A stretch of DNA of 63,974 bases, counting the filler, from Cercozoa sp. M6MM (taxonomy: Eukaryota > Protista > Endomyxa: Ascetosporea), in assembly GCA_040357565.1 (NCBI GenBank). It is 15 parts of 15 records of this genome, joined end to end, with 100 filler letters (N's around TTAATTAATTAA, not from the genome) between each part and the next. Parts side by side here need not be neighbours in the genome. Positions count along the whole stretch, not along the records: positions 12,484 to 18,512 come from JBDODJ010000801.1; positions 18,613 to 23,238 come from JBDODJ010001094.1; positions 23,339 to 28,479 come from JBDODJ010000966.1; 12 more parts are not named here. One strand, given 5' to 3'. The notes below the pieces were generated by a model. The model was not told the origin of the DNA, did not search any database, and worked only from the letters and a program-made list of their open reading frames with translations. This document shows, one piece after another, positions 12,524-24,939 of the stretch. A program made the translations under genes and the position numbers. Each line of letters starts with the position of its first letter. The stretch's first letter is position 1.

Positions 12524-13296
12524 GCACTCGAACGACCTGCTGAACGAGTTTCGTGGCGTCAGTGCGACGAAACTCGATTTCGACCTTTCTGTCAGTGTGC
12601 GTTTTCTTGTGTGTGTGTGTGTGTGTGTCTGTGTGTCTGTGTGTCTGTGTCTGTGTCTGTGTCTGTGTCTGTCTGTGTTTGTGTCTGTGTGTGTGTAAGG
12701 GGGGGTAAAGGAGGATACAACTGAGATTGTGCGCAGGTGCTGCAGCAGGGCGCTTGGCCCTTCCGCGCGGACCGAGTGCCGGTCAATCTGCCGCCGACGG
12801 TGCGCGACTGCTTCGAGCACTACCGTCACTTCTACTGTCAGCAGGTGTGTTTAACCCCCCCCTCATCCCTCTCTTACCCCACCCACTCCCCTTCGCAGAA
12901 GCATCCGAACCGTCGGTTGAAACTGGCGACTGGACGCGGTCAAGCCGAGGTAGATTCGTTCTTTGTCCGTGTTTTTTTTTGTGTATTTGTGTTGTGTGTC
13001 CGCGCGGACAGGTGTTGATCCGATTCCCAACAAAGGCCAAGCTGCTGGTGGTGTCGACTTGGCAGATGTGCGTCCTGTCGCTCTTCAATCACAAGACCGT
13101 GTGGTCCTTTGGCGACATCTGCGCGCAATTACAGGTAGGCTGGGGAGGAGAGGGGGCAAAGAGGGTAACATGGGGGGTATAATTGTGTGTGTATGTCATG
13201 TAGATCCCGGCGGAGGCACTAGAGCCGCACCTGTTGTCACTTGTGCATCCTGACGTCGCCATTCTACTCAAGCGGCCCGGTGGTCGGTCACTGGAG
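12524..13296 (+). CDS. Cullin (CUL3/CUL1-like), cullin-homology region exons
   Basis: VQVLQQGAWP, FEHYRHFY..HPNRRLKL..G.AE, LVVSTWQMCVLSLFN, LEPHLLSLV...LLKRP. Confidence 0.9.
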
Positions 13297-13431
13297 GTTT
13301 GCCTTCCTCTTTACCCCCTCCCTCCTCCCTCNNNNNNNNNNNNNNNNNNNNNNNNNNNNNNNNNNNNNNNNNNNNNNNNNNNNNNNNNNNNNNNNNNNNN
13401 NNNNNNNNNNNNNNNNNNNNNNNNNNNNNNN

Positions 13432-13479
<48 letters not shown>

Positions 13480-13509
13480 GCACAGAAGGAAAAGAAGAAG
13501 CCAGAGTGT

Positions 13510-14592
13510 ACCTGCACACAACTCGTCGAGAGCGAGCGAGATCTCCTGCGTGATGCCGTGCGACAAGTCGGCATCGTCGCCGAACAACGAGACGAAGCGA
13601 CCGCGAAACTCCAAGGGCAGCGGCAACTTGTCCAGGTTGTTCGTGTCCGCGTCATCGTCCGCGTGGACCGGATCGGGACCGGCGTAGCTGAAGGAAGAGT
13701 TCAACATGCGCACCGAGCGACGCGGCGACTGCGGCAGCTCGCTGATCTCCGGGTTCGACTGCGTGCTCTGCAGCTCGGGCCAGTAGGCGCGCTCCATCAC
13801 GCCGAGCGACGACGAGCGGCGCAGCAACTCGGGCACCTCGAACGACAGCTGCTGCCGCTCCGGCGGAGCCATTCTCAGCGACATGGGTCGGTCCTCGTCG
13901 GCTATGGCAGCAGTGCTGTCTGTGGTGTCAATTGATGCTTGCGCTTCTTCTTCTTCTCCTTCTTCTTCTTGTTCTCCTTCTTCTTCTTCTCCTTCTTCTT
14001 CTTCGGCACACGGAACTGTGGCTTCGTTCGACAGGACTGACATGTTCTCGATCGATGTGGCCTCAGTGGCAACATCCTCCGACTGCAGTGCGAAGACATC
14101 ATCGATGGGCAGCTCGCTTGCTTCTTCGACAGGTTCGACCTTCATTCGAAGCAAAGTAGGCGGTGCTATTGGCCTTAAAGTGTCCTACAAACACACAAAC
14201 AGACACATCTGTTTCAGATCAAGCAGACAGACTAATGGGAGAGCAGCAGACCACTTCTACATCGCTGTCTTCGCACAAATCAATAACGTCGTCGTCGTGA
14301 TTGGCAGTAGCAACAGCAGCAACTGGAGCAGCAACTGGAGCAGCAACAGGAACGGCAGCAGCAGCAGTTACTGCGGCCTCATCGCAGAAGTGCTGCATCA
14401 CCGTGGCAGGAACGACATCGCAGCTGCGCCACGCCTGACTGCCATCGCTAAGTCCTAAGAGAGACATACCAACCAAGATAGATGAGAACAACACAGTTTC
14501 AACACACTGCACATCCAGAAGCCCGAAGTACGGCAGCAAAACAGCGTTTCGTCGAAGGCCGACTGTCTCAGAATTCGAACGACATCGGCCAT
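13510..14592 (-). CDS. Hypothetical acidic, disordered protein with SUMO-interacting-like motif (3' truncated)
   Basis: Long exon 13510-14170 is Glu-rich and open. The upstream exon contains DDDVIDLCEDSDVEV. Confidence 0.5.
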
Positions 14593-14821
14593 GCTTGGCC
14601 CAGTGCTAGAACAATGAGCGCTTGCCGATTTCAGACAGCCCTCGGGTCTACCACATATGGGCACTAAATGTTGGCGTGCAATAGCACCTTGCCACTGGCT
14701 CAGGAGACTAGTGGCTCAGCTGAGCCGGACTGAACTGCCCTCATATCATCACGATCCAACAAACTGAACGCGTTTAAACAACTCGGCGCGAACTAGTGTT
14801 TCAGTTGGCTAAGCGACAGTT

Positions 14822-16382
14822 TTATTGCTGGCTCGATGCACCTCGCGACCGAAAGGCAAAGTAGGCGCAACCCAGCACCGCCACGGCACCTGAGACAGCG
14901 AGATAAAAACTGAATTGAAGGAGGATGGAAGGAGAAAAGAACATGCTACCAAAACCAACGGCCAAGTCGACAGCAGCTTCGTAGAGTGGGTTTCGCTTCT
15001 TTCGCGAAGTGCGGGAACTCGTGATCGGCGTGTCCTTGCTCGTGCTGTTGCTGGCTGGGAAGCCACTCGGATAGCCTTCATCCTTCTCCTCTTCGGTTTC
15101 TTCCTGCAGTGATATGGGTAAGGAAGAACAGGGGTTGAGGGTGGAAAGGTGGCGAGAGTACCTCATCAGGAAAGACGGCATCGTCATCGAGGCCTTGGTG
15201 AAAATGTTCGGCAATGAGACCCATCACGTCCTCGCTCACTCGCTCGACGTCTCTCTGCAGTGGGACAGGGAATAGAAGCGGTAAACAGGAGATAAAGGGA
15301 AGAAGGGCAGCTACATCGGCATCGACGGTGACCACGGTGACACCAGCGGCACGACACGCCTTGACGACGCTCTGCTCGTGAAGCTCGAACTCATCCAGTC
15401 GTCTCGTGATTGCCTCCTGCCGATAGAGGTAAAGCAGTGAAGGTATGGTGGGAGGGGTAAACGCAAGGGGGCTACCTCGTTTCTGTCGTCCTCCTCGATG
15501 AAGACACTCGCGCCTACCGGCGGTCGCAGCGGACCGTAATTTTCAGACCACACCTGCGCTCACACCATCGGTTCTCCGCGGGGAAGGAGGGGTAAGAGCC
15601 GAAGGAAAAGTATGAGTTTGCACCTGCTTACGGCAGTCGTCGACGACGCGGTGACGAATACGCTCAGCGGCTTTCTCACGTGACAGTCGCATCAGCAGCA
15701 CCTGCTTTCAGTTTGACATTTTGCATGAGTTAATGTGGACAAATGCAAGGCCTTCTTCTGCACCAAATCGGGCTGCAGTTTTCGCTCTCGAAGAAGAAAC
15801 GATGCCTGCTCGCCTGTTCTCGGGAACTGCAGAGCACGGGATTGCCACATGCATACAGTACATACTACATACAGGTAGTAGTGATATACCCCATCTAGGA
15901 CCCAACCACGGTCAAGCAAGTCGTCCTCTGTCGAAAGTTGCGTTTTCACAATTTCGTTGACTGTTGCAACAACGGGTAAGCAACGGTGAAGTGCGGAAAA
16001 GCAAGAAAAAACTGCGTACCCAATGAGTCCGGAACCAGGCGGCCGTTGCAAACCATGGGTCGCACCTTCTCGCCGAGTTCAGTGCCCTGCTGCATCTCGC
16101 GGTGCAGCAACTGACCCGTGGACACGTGCAGCACATGAAAGCGCTCCTACAAAGCACGTGTCCATATTCAGTACACTGGCCGGCAGTGGGGGAATTTATC
16201 GAATGCTAACCTGAATTCTCGCACACTGCGTCCCTTTGCCTGCCCCGGGAGGCCCCAAAACTACGAGCTTGATGATGTCTTCACTCTGTCCAGCACGAAG
16301 CAAGCAATCACAAAGTGCAACCCCAAGGATAGGAGAGAATCGCCTGCGAAGCCAGAAACAGAAAAAAGCGCACATCGGACAT
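14822..16382 (-). CDS. Adenylate kinase with C-terminal transmembrane tail
   Basis: MSD|SEDIIKLVVLGPPGAGKGTQC, HVSTGQLL..E...GTELG, GRLVPD, GWVLDG|.PRT.EQA, EDDR.E.I.RRL. Ends LAVGF|GAVAVLGCAYFAFRSRGASSQQ*. Confidence 0.88.
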
Positions 16383-16716
16383 CTTGCACTGGACCCTCCT
16401 CGATCTGCAAGCTATCTGGGCGGATTAAACGACGCACAAACAACGGTAGTCACTGCAGATGACACTGCTAGCGTCAAAGGGCCGAATTCGGGCAAAAAAT
16501 TCCGCAGGCCAGCAAAAATTCTGTTGTGGCCACCAAAAACAACCGATCACAATGATAATTCGTTACAGTACAGTATGGGATAACAGTCGTCCAAATGGAC
16601 GTCTTGATAAAAGACAAAAAAGCGTCCTAACAGCATAAGAAGGCTGCCCTGCGTGTGCAGATTGTAGTGGCGAGGGATTGCGCTTATTTCGGCAGTGCCG
16701 CAAATCAAAATCAGCC

Positions 16717-17466
16717 ATGAGCGGTGTTCTGATGCGCGCGGTATCAATTCTTTTGGCACATGCTGGTGCGCAATTCGCACAAAACACATGGCTTTGTAAA
16801 ATGTCTTGTTTCCGTTTGCGCAGATCATTCAGGTCGCGGTCGTGTCATCGCAGTACTTTCTCAAGGCTTTCACACAGGCCTACCAGATTCATGTGGCTCG
16901 TACACTGACACATAAATACACAGGGTGTAATAGACATGGTGTGTCTGTGTGTGCACAGGCATGAAAATGGGCGGACAGGCCGCCAAACAAGCCGCTGCTG
17001 CTCAAGAGAGAGCAACGGAGGACGTCGTGAGGCGGACACTGACTGGCGGTCGCATGTCCTACAAGGAGGCCACGATGGTCCTTAATCTCAGCAAACAAGG
17101 CGAGGTATTTCCTTTCTCTTCTGCCTGAACGAGGAGGATCCTCTGTCATGAACTTTGTGTTGCCACAGGAAGTGAAACTCGGCCAAATCGACCTCCAGCA
17201 GATGCAAGAGTACGCGCAGAAAATGTTCGAAAAGAACGACCCGAAACACGGCGGCTCGCTCTACTTGCAGTCCAAGTTTAAGGTGCTTTCTTTTTTTGCG
17301 ATCTCAGCAGTGCCACTTCTGAGCACTCTTATTCTGGGCGGGTTGGCTACAGGAGGCGCGCGAGGTCATCGACGACGCTGCCGAGGAGCTTAGCAAGAGC
17401 GGTGTGGATCCCACGGCTTCGGATGCCGCCAAGCACGCCGATGCCGAGGCCAGAACACCCGAGTAG
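16717..17466 (+). CDS. PAM16: Mitochondrial import motor subunit Pam16/Tim16
   Basis: KAFTQAY, MSYKEATMVLNL, MFEKNDPKHGGSLYLQSK|.EARE (Pam16 J-like domain signature GGS.YLQSK). Confidence 0.9.
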
Positions 17467-17910
17467 TGTCGCCCGGCCTGACGAACTCCCTGCTTTTTTT
17501 TATTTTATCTGCCAGTTTTATCCTTTGTTAACTCAACATCTAGCGTTAACGAGGACACGCGCTAAAACTGCATCATACAACAAGAACTTGAGCTGCTCTG
17601 CTGCCAGCGCAGGTGAGTGACTTGAACGTTTCGTGCGCTCGGAGCACCAAGACCTTTCACTGTTGGGACTTCGGGGTGCAGGTGTTTTCGCTGCCGTGTA
17701 CAAACGCGGGTTCTTTCTGTCTACCAAAACAACAGCGCAGCTGTGCGCGTGCATTAGCTAACTGAAGTCAAAATGACACTGCAGACTGCAGGGCCCATGC
17801 ACGGACTGACTGACTGACTCAACTAAACGACAATCAATTAGTCACAACTACAGCAGGCGCGACGCGAGCAGGTGAGACCTAGACCTAGTAGTACAAGCTG
17901 CGGCAAGCGA

Positions 17911-18493
17911 CTAGGCGCAGTAGTGGTACTTGCGTCGGTCCTGCTCGTCGCGTCGCAAGAACTCCTGCTCGATGAGTTCCTCGATGCGTTTCTTGATCAG
18001 TGCGATCTCGACCTGTGTCAGTCACAGGGGATATGAGGTACGAGTGGGAGAGGGGGTGAAACACACCTGGAACTTGGTGCTCAACTGTCGCAGCACCTCG
18101 CCCACGAGGTCCTGGTGCATCATCGTCTTGCGCGACTTCATGATGCGCACAACGGCCGCATCACACCTGAGGGATGGGGGAAGGGTAAAGGGTTACGGGG
18201 GGGGAGGGGGGTAAGAACACGGTACACGTGCCGCCGCTGCAGCTTGATCGACCGGTCGACTTTCTTTTGCTCCTGCTGTCGCTGTCGCGCGAAGGTCAAC
18301 AGTGGCACCTACACACACACAATACTTGCCCTTAAACACACACAACAGCCCCCTTAATTAACCAGCTTATTGCCCCTGTAACTAAACAACCAGTGCTCCC
18401 TTAACACACACAGTCAAAGAAGTGAGAAATCGTACGGGCACGCGGTAACGCGGATTCTCGAACTTTGCGTTCAGTTTGAGCTCGTGTGATGAC
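17911..18493 (-). CDS. Cullin C-terminal neddylation (WHB) domain exons; continuation of 12524-13296
   Basis: [55 protein letters not shown]. Confidence 0.92.
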
Positions 18494-18612
18494 TACGGGG
18501 GGGGGGGGGGGGNNNNNNNNNNNNNNNNNNNNNNNNNNNNNNNNNNNNNNNNNNNNTTAATTAATTAANNNNNNNNNNNNNNNNNNNNNNNNNNNNNNNN
18601 NNNNNNNNNNNN

Positions 18613-18693
<81 letters not shown>

Positions 18694-19237
18694 TGCTATT
18701 CAGGACCGCGAAGACAACATTGAGCGTCTTGGTCTGGGCGGTTCGAAACTCGCGCAATCCCGTAGAGGTAAGTTTCAGCCACCGAATAGCTACTGCGAAC
18801 CCGTTCGATCGGTTTTTTGGTGAACAGCCCAGACAGGAATGCGACGACGCGGAAGGAGAACGCCCGAGTACGTCAAGCCAGAGTAACTTCGTCCAGCCTT
18901 CGTTTCTGCACCGGTGCACGAGCGTGAGCGGCCATGAGCTCCTGAGTATTGATCGCCAGCCTCTTTTTAATCCCAAGTTTATGATCTCGTCTTCCGATTG
19001 TCTTAGGTTTAAACCCGGATCAGATCCACCACTCAGCTAAGATCTACTTACAAGTCGTACATATCACAATACTCACGGTCGCAATCGATAACCGACAGTC
19101 TGTACATCGATACTGCGGAAGTAAGATTCTATTGTTGAGAAACGCGTCCTTAAAAGCGTTGCACCAGAACTTGCTGCAGTACTTGTAGAGTCGCGCGTGC
19201 ATACCAGATACTTTAAAATTGTGCATAACGTTGTATT

Positions 19238-21164
<1,927 letters not shown>

Positions 21165-21584
21165 GTTTCGATCGGATCGAGTTGGCGCACTTTGGCGCGG
21201 TGTTTAACTTCCGTGACGATTGTCGACGTGTACTGTTAACAGCTCGAGTTGCCACGGCACGTGTACCGATTTCCGTTTCGACTTTGTATGCACTCATATT
21301 TACTTAGTTTGTTAGTTAGTTCAGTCTACTAGAAACCAGCTATGTGTTACGGCACAGCGTTTCTCAACCAGTCAAGTTGTCATCTGACTACTCGTCAGCG
21401 CGGACGATCAAATCTAAACCAGTATGGTTAACAGTGAAGGATTTGTTTGTTAGACCGGACTTCTTAGCTTGGGTCAAGCTTTCTACAGCTCACGCACTTT
21501 AACTGCAGTGCTTGGGCTGCTCTTTTAATTGCCATCAAGCATTCGAGCTTTCGACGACCTTTTCTAGAAGGTCGTCTCAATACC

Positions 21585-22060
21585 TTAGTTACTGGTTTCC
21601 ATACCGTAACATATGTGGTTTCCCTGCACCAGTCCGGAGAGGTGGGTCACGGCTATAGTGTTATCCATCCCTCTCAGATAGGTATCAGGCCTTGGTAATT
21701 GAGGGTACCTTGCCAGTGATACAAAAAAACTAAGGAACGTAAGAAAGTCTGTTCTCGGAGGTAGAGTGGCCAAGTGTCAGTTTGAAAGAGTGAGTTACCC
21801 CAACGATTCAGTTGGGCGGCAAAGCACTGATGGACGGGAAAGTCACCCGTCAGATGGTAATTTTCCCACAGTCTGGACTGAAGCTCTCAGTAGGTCACGT
21901 CAAAATCTTCTACACCCCTCCTGGGGATTTTTGTAAGTTGCAGGGTTGCTTCCGCGCGGATACAGTAGTTCATGCTGTAACAATAGTCCACCAGCCGGCC
22001 AGGGGCCATCCAACTCCGCTTTTGCAGTACTGCAGGAGACCATACTTACTCAGCTGTCAA
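21585..22060 (-). mobile_element. Probable decayed non-LTR retroelement 3' end
   Basis: Stop-interrupted frame with HLTGDFPVHQCFAAQLNRWG, weakly like the LTGH..F..YL.R.G motif near LINE ORF2 ends. The terminal segment shares GTGACCCACC...GACTGGTGCAGGG with 31370-31396 and ends in AACTAA. Confidence 0.35.
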
Positions 22061-22229
22061 TGATCAATCATAAAGTGCCCATGGACGGATGGGAAAATCC
22101 GGTCTTTCTTTGATATACGTTCGTCCGATCCCTCTCACACACGTGCCGTCGCGTCGGCTCATCTCAGTCGAAATTTTCGCTGCCAGCTTCGGCTGGAGAC
22201 TCAGTTTCAGACTGTGTGATATACACGGT

Positions 22230-23186
22230 GGGTTTAAACGAGTATCAACACGAATTGGACGGTTAGAGATACCTTGGGATTCTTGTTGACCGACTCGAGT
22301 TCTGAAGTGAAATTGCGTCGATTCAACTTGACCGGCACAGGCGGCTTGAACTCGCTGTGGTGCTGCCACCAACTGCATGCACAAAATAATTAGCATGCAG
22401 TGTTTTGATATGTGAGCAGATAGTGGTACACATTGAGCATGTCCATGAGCCACGAATTGGCCGGATTCGTCGACCAGTTGAAGAAGCTGCACACCACCGG
22501 AGGAAGGTACAAAGGCACAAGAAGGACAGTATATCAGCAACACAGGGTACTACCGAGCGAGTTGGACTGGCTGCGCCACCGAAATGGCAGCGTTGTTGAA
22601 GTTTCTCACTGCCACACGATCAATGAATCAATCTAATCATGGCTCAACTTTGCTGACAAAAAAGGTACGTTCGATCATGTGTTCACGCACGTCGTGTCTC
22701 AGTTGCGCAATCTGCGCACACAAAGATTTTGAGTAAGGTGTTGAACTAGTTCAAATGAATGGTCAGTGCTACCTTGGCCATGATTCGATCGAGATTCTCG
22801 CGGTCTTGCCGCAGCACCTGCTGCTTCTGCTCAAGCAGATTGCGCTGCTCGTTCGTGAGACCGACTTGTTCCCTGTGAGGCAGCACAAACATATATCTCG
22901 AACAACAAGATATTGGATGCCGTAGTATCACTGGAAGTACATGATCTTGCGAAGACGATCGTCCTCTAGCCACTGCGTCGATGACCGATCGGCCAACCAC
23001 AACAAGAACTGCACCTGACGTCCTGCCCAGGAGAGGGACATACACATACATACACTATACAGTACAGATGCAAGACAATGTCGACACACCGGGCCAACAG
23101 CAGTCGGCCACACGGTCCAGCAGGTAGTCGATCTGGATGAGTCGATCCGTCGGATCGTCGACAAATCCAACGGCCAACCGCATGAT
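22230..23186 (-). CDS. C-terminal helical region of a putative bZIP-type transcription factor (5' truncated; stop uncertain)
   Basis: QVQFLLWL, VGLTNEQRNLL..., QPVQLA-RFFNWSTNP..LMDMLN resembles the L.LT.EQ...LTP.Q.AKF..W..N..ML (DOG1-like) region of protist bZIP proteins. Confidence 0.45.
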
Positions 23187-23206
23187 CTGAGAGAAGCATG
23201 GAGACA

Positions 23207-23238
<32 letters not shown>

Positions 23239-23338
23239 NNNNNNNNNNNNNNNNNNNNNNNNNNNNNNNNNNNNNNNNNNNNTTAATTAATTAANNNNNN
23301 NNNNNNNNNNNNNNNNNNNNNNNNNNNNNNNNNNNNNN

Positions 23339-23394
<56 letters not shown>

Positions 23395-23406
23395 TTGTTT
23401 TGCAGG

Positions 23407-24597
23407 TCGGCACAAGATGTTAGGATAGCTGCGCACCGCTTGGCGTGGGGCAAATGGACTCACTGTGGTCAGGTACGTTCTTGAATTTCTCTTAATCTTC
23501 CTATTGACACACCTCCATTATACACAGTCATGTGTGGCGCCTGACTACGTGCTTGTTCACGTACCATTGACTACTCCTCTGAGGTGCTTTAGTCTGTAGA
23601 ATTGAGTCGTTCAGCGAGATGTGCAAGCGAAACTGCTGCGTGAAATTCGACGAGTTTACCGCGAGTTTTATCGGATAGATCAGGATGCTGATATTGGTAC
23701 ATGCGTGTCTCGTTGTGTTGTGTTAAAGATTGTGGGTTGTTGCCTGTCTGCCTTCTTCAGTTGATGAAGGCGGTGATGACATCAGCAGCAGTAGCGACTT
23801 TGGGCGCATCGTCAATGTGCGGCACTGCGATCGACTAGCGTTGCTGCTGCGCGAGACCAAAGGCCGCATCGTTCTCGGTGGCCGCGTGCGAGTGGCTGAC
23901 AAGTACGTCGCGCCGACTATCGTCCTGCTCGAGGACGCGAACGACCCGCTGTAATGGTTTCTCCTGTACTGTTCTGTGTCTGCTGGTCTCATGTCAGCTG
24001 TTGCTCTCTCAGAATGGAAGAGGAGCTCCTGGGTCCGATTCTGCCAGTCATCTGCTACGACACGCTGCAGGAGGCAGTGGACGTCGTCAATTCGCGCGGT
24101 GCGCCTCTCGCATTGTACGTGTTCGCTTCGAACACACGGGCGGCCGATTTCGTACTCTACGCTTGTTGTACTGTATCATAGTTAGTACCGCATGTGTGTT
24201 GGACAGGTGATCTCGAGAACGCAGAGTGGCGGCGTGTGCGTCAACGACACTGGAGTGCACGTGGCCGCTCCAACCTTGCCTTTTGGTGGTACTGGCGCGA
24301 GTGGCTACGGCTACTTGCACGGCAGGGCTGGTTTCGACGAGTTGTCCCACCTGCGAGGAGTGCTGCGACGCAAACTGCGTGATGAGGCTGTGTTTGGTAC
24401 TCGCCTTTGTCTCTCCCTCCCACGTCTCTTTCGACTCTGGTACAGGTGTGCGGTACCCTCCCTTCACGCGTGGCAAGGTGAACGTTATGCGACACGCCTG
24501 GCGCAGCGGTCCTGGTCAGTCGCCTCTCATGCACGTGCTTGGCACAACGCGCGCCTTCCTGCAGTACCAGCTCGGTCAGGGAGCTTCCGCTCTTTAG
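23407..24597 (+). CDS. ALDH3: Aldehyde dehydrogenase, ALDH3 family (5' truncated)
   Basis: RLAWGKWTHCGQ|SCVAPDYVL (catalytic Cys), DFGRIVNVRH, EELLGPILP, PLALYVF, LPFGGTGASGYGYLHG..FDELSH, RYPPFT. Confidence 0.93.
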
Positions 24598-24939
24598 CGT
24601 AGCATTTGCTTTCTATAAAGTCAACTTCGACCTTGTTTCTGGGAGAGTTGGGATTGCTGGGCCTCGGCCCTGGCCTGTGCGCTTGGTCAGAAGAAAAAAT
24701 CTCCTTTTTTCGTGCAACAGACCTTTGTGCGCTGCTTTAATGTCCAAAATTCGGCCCAAATCGCATGAGCGATCGGCGCCCTGCTATGATCGATCAATGA
24801 CCCAGTCACCACCTCCGCTTTGCTTTGGGTCCGTTGCCCTCTTGCTTTGTGAGAAGTTCGTTCAGACCCAGCACCGTCACTTCTATTGCACTTGAATTGC
24901 TGTCCCTGCCAATAAAATAAACTGCACCAATTCAGTACC

